Part shown: piece after piece, positions 61,501-64,000 of the stretch
How the letters are laid out: every line of letters begins with the position of its first letter
How positions within the stretch are numbered: the first letter of the stretch is position 1
From: Mantamonas sphyraenae STR306
Taxonomy: Eukaryota > Protista > CRuMs
Direction of reading: 5' to 3'
NCBI GenBank assembly: GCA_026936335.1
Contig: JAPMXV010000044.1
Coordinates: forward strand, 186,001-250,000
Length of the DNA: 64,000 nt
Position numbers and translations under genes: made by a program
The notes under the pieces: model-generated
The model's database searches: none
Told to the model about the DNA's origin: nothing
What the model saw: only the letters and a program-made list of their open reading frames with translations

Positions 61501-61915
61501 TACACGAGGAGAGCAGGAGCTGAGCGTGTGGCCAACCCTGCTGCGTCGCATCGAAGAGGGAGAGGCGCGGCTGGAACGACACGCCGAAGCGGATGAGTAC
61601 CTGGAGTGGAAGGTGAAGGAGACAAACACAGACACAACCATGTACCTGGCCTACGCGCCAAACAAGTCGCTCTTTACACCCGAGGAGGACGACTTTCTGG
61701 TGCGGATGCTCCACAAGCACGGCTTCGACGCATGGGAAGCCATCAAGCTGGAGATCCAGCGGGACTGGCGCTTCCGCTTCAACTGGTACCTCAAATCGCG
61801 TTCCGAACTCGACCTGGAGACGCACGCGGAGTCTCTTATGCGCGGCCTCAAGCGAGAGTTTCAAGAAGACATGGCAGACCAAAAGCAGTCCGAGGCAAAG
61901 CGTCAGCGCGTGTGA
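58512..61915 (+). CDS. ISWI: ISWI-family chromatin-remodelling ATPase (intron ~59052-59218)
   Basis: GILADEM|[40 protein letters not shown]-like C-terminus ([19 protein letters not shown]). Confidence 0.93.
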
Positions 61916-61955
61916 TGAGACGCAACACTCATGTACTGTACATTTCATGCCAGTT

Positions 61956-63980
61956 TCACGATTCTGCCATGGAGCGAGAAATGGCCAGTTGCAGATCAGC
62001 CTCTTCGTCCTCATTCTTGCCGCCAAAGCCAAAGAACGAGGCAAACCACCCTTCTTCTTGCGTTTGCCCTTACCTCCGTTGGCCGCCGATCCCCGGGCGT
62101 CATCGCCCGAGGAGGAAGAGGACGCGCTGGTTTGCTCGTCGTCCTGGCCGTCGTCCATCTCCAGCTGCGACTCAATGACGTCGGCCAGCGCAGCACAGCG
62201 CTTGCGCACAAGACCGGTCATGTTGATGACCTCGTGGCGCACTCTGTCATCGATATCTTCCTCCTTGGTCTCAAGCAAGTTGGCGAGTTTCTCCACATTG
62301 CTCTCCAGCTGAGTCTGCTGGTCCTCAAACAGGTTCTTCTGCACCATGAGCGAGTCCCTGATCGCGGAGTTTTCCACGTCGCCCATGGAAAACATGTAAA
62401 AGGCATACACGTAGCTGTGGGCCAGATAGCGACGGCACACAAAGACGGCATGCACCCCCTGCTCCAGCCACTTGAGATCCATCATCGTCTGGCCCGTGGT
62501 TTCGTACAGATGCAGACGCTTGACCTCCACCTGGCTACGCAGCTTCTTTTCAAACTTGAGCGACTCCTGGTGGCCACGGAAACGTTCGAAATAGTGCATG
62601 TAGCGCTTGAGGGCAGCGCCGGCGGTGTTGGCATTCTTTTCCGCTTCGTCCTTGTAACGACCACACTCGTGGCCCTCGATGGATCCCCAGGTGTGTGCAC
62701 GGCCTGTTTGTGCGCCGCACAGCCAGCAGAAGTAGCTTCCACAGGTGCATGAGACGTGGTTGCAGCCGCCGTTCTTTTCGACCATGTTGTGGCAGTTGGG
62801 ACACTCCTTGGTGTTGCTGGCCATCCAGTTGGCCGTCTCGCTGTCGTCTTTGCACTTGATGTCCCATTGCTTGAGCTGCTTGCAGGTGCTGGGCTGGTGG
62901 CTGTTGCCCTGGCATTTGAAGCAGAAGCTCCAGCCGCAGACGCAGTCCACGTCCACGGCCGACTTCCACGTGATCTGCACCGCATTGCCGCAACTGGGTG
63001 CAGACGGACACCACTTGACCATGGGGTTGTCCTCGATGAACGAGTCCATCATCTTGTTCTGGTATTTGGTAAGGGTTGACTCGTCCACCACCTCGTTGAT
63101 GATCTCTTCGTCGACCAGCACGTCACACTTGGCCTGCATGCAGCGTACGTCTTTGGCGTGGCCTTCGTTGATGCGCATGGGCACGTGCATCGACCAGCAA
63201 TCTGTGCAGAAGCGATGCCCGCACGAGTTTGCCCGTGTGTCTTCCCATTCCACTTCGTCGTCCATGCAGCTGCAGGTGACAGGTACGGCAGGATGCAACA
63301 ACAACACGCGTGTGATCCCACGTGTGTGTGTGTGTGTGGAGTGTGCGCGGTGCCGTTGCGTCAGCATGGATGCGTTTGCGAGAGTGTGTGTGCGCGTTCC
63401 CAAAACCATTCTCGCGAGCCGTGCACAGAGGAACCGGGCCTGGTGCACCACAACGCTTACCTGTGACATTCAAACGGCGCTGACCGATCCTCCACAGATG
63501 GGTCGAGGGTCTCCGTGGGGATGACACCAGCTTTCTGCTCGTGCGTGACGGAGGGGTCGCCGGGAGTGCGTTAGGCAAGAATTCCCTCTTTGCAGTGCGT
63601 CTGGCATGCTCACACAGATGGACAGCAAGACAAGCACATACCTCCATGACTTGGTCGGCGCCACGCTCGAAAAAGTCGGACATCAGCTTCTCGCTATCCC
63701 ACTGGTAAAACATGAGGAGGAGGCGAGAGTCACCTGCCGTGGTGCCAAGAAAGTCGCGCACTTTGTCAATCTTTTCGTTCTGTTCCTTGATCACATCCTT
63801 GGGATTGAGGATAATAAAGTCCTTTTCTTCCTCCTGCACGTGCGGCGATTCGTCGTCGATGTCGATGGACTCGCTGGGCTGGCTGCCTTGTTCCAGCCCG
63901 TCCTCGTCGTCGGACGACTGGTACACGTAGTATTCATCTTCACCATCCTCATCGTAGTATTCGTCGTCGTCATAGTCCAC
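61956..63980 (-). CDS. ARIH: Ariadne-family RBR E3 ubiquitin ligase, spliced; apparent frameshift near 62043
   Basis: Acidic N-terminus, CGHRFC..C, IBR WCPSAPSC, TKECPNC..EKNGGCNHVSC, RYMHYFERF. Confidence 0.9.
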
Positions 63981-64000
63981 ATACTCGTCTCCGTCACTCA

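Noticed and set aside
60599-61955. Ariadne extension overlapping ISWI for 1.3 kb
   Set aside because: Better explained by a frameshift near 62043.

Overview
Gene-dense, GC-rich, intron-containing eukaryotic (protist-like) DNA. About 27 housekeeping-type genes are packed with very short spacers: GH31, TRAP-beta, AP-2 mu, VPS28, MDH1, WD40, nucleoplasmin-like, HPC2/UBN-like, Sec14, two Rac copies, ERICH2-like, GH5, PB1-DUB, ORC1, CBP80, calpain, UBXN4, MARCH, EME1-like, Kelch, phospholipase C, SLC19, RPL17, ATP synthase gamma, RBX1, ISWI and Ariadne. The standout is a ~12.4 kb insertion (14235-26613) flanked by TA dinucleotides and imperfect terminal inverted repeats. It encodes three enzymes: a very large spliced Fanzor1-type RNA-guided nuclease, a DD34E IS630/Tc1 transposase with a paired-domain-like N-terminus, and a spliced Fanzor2/TnpB-type nuclease. 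Each Fanzor is followed by a hairpin-rich candidate omegaRNA ending at a TIR-like motif. A truncated ankyrin-gene fragment lies between the two inner TIR-like ends, which suggests a composite dual-Fanzor transposon. All family assignments are by eye from motifs, and intron models are manual predictions.
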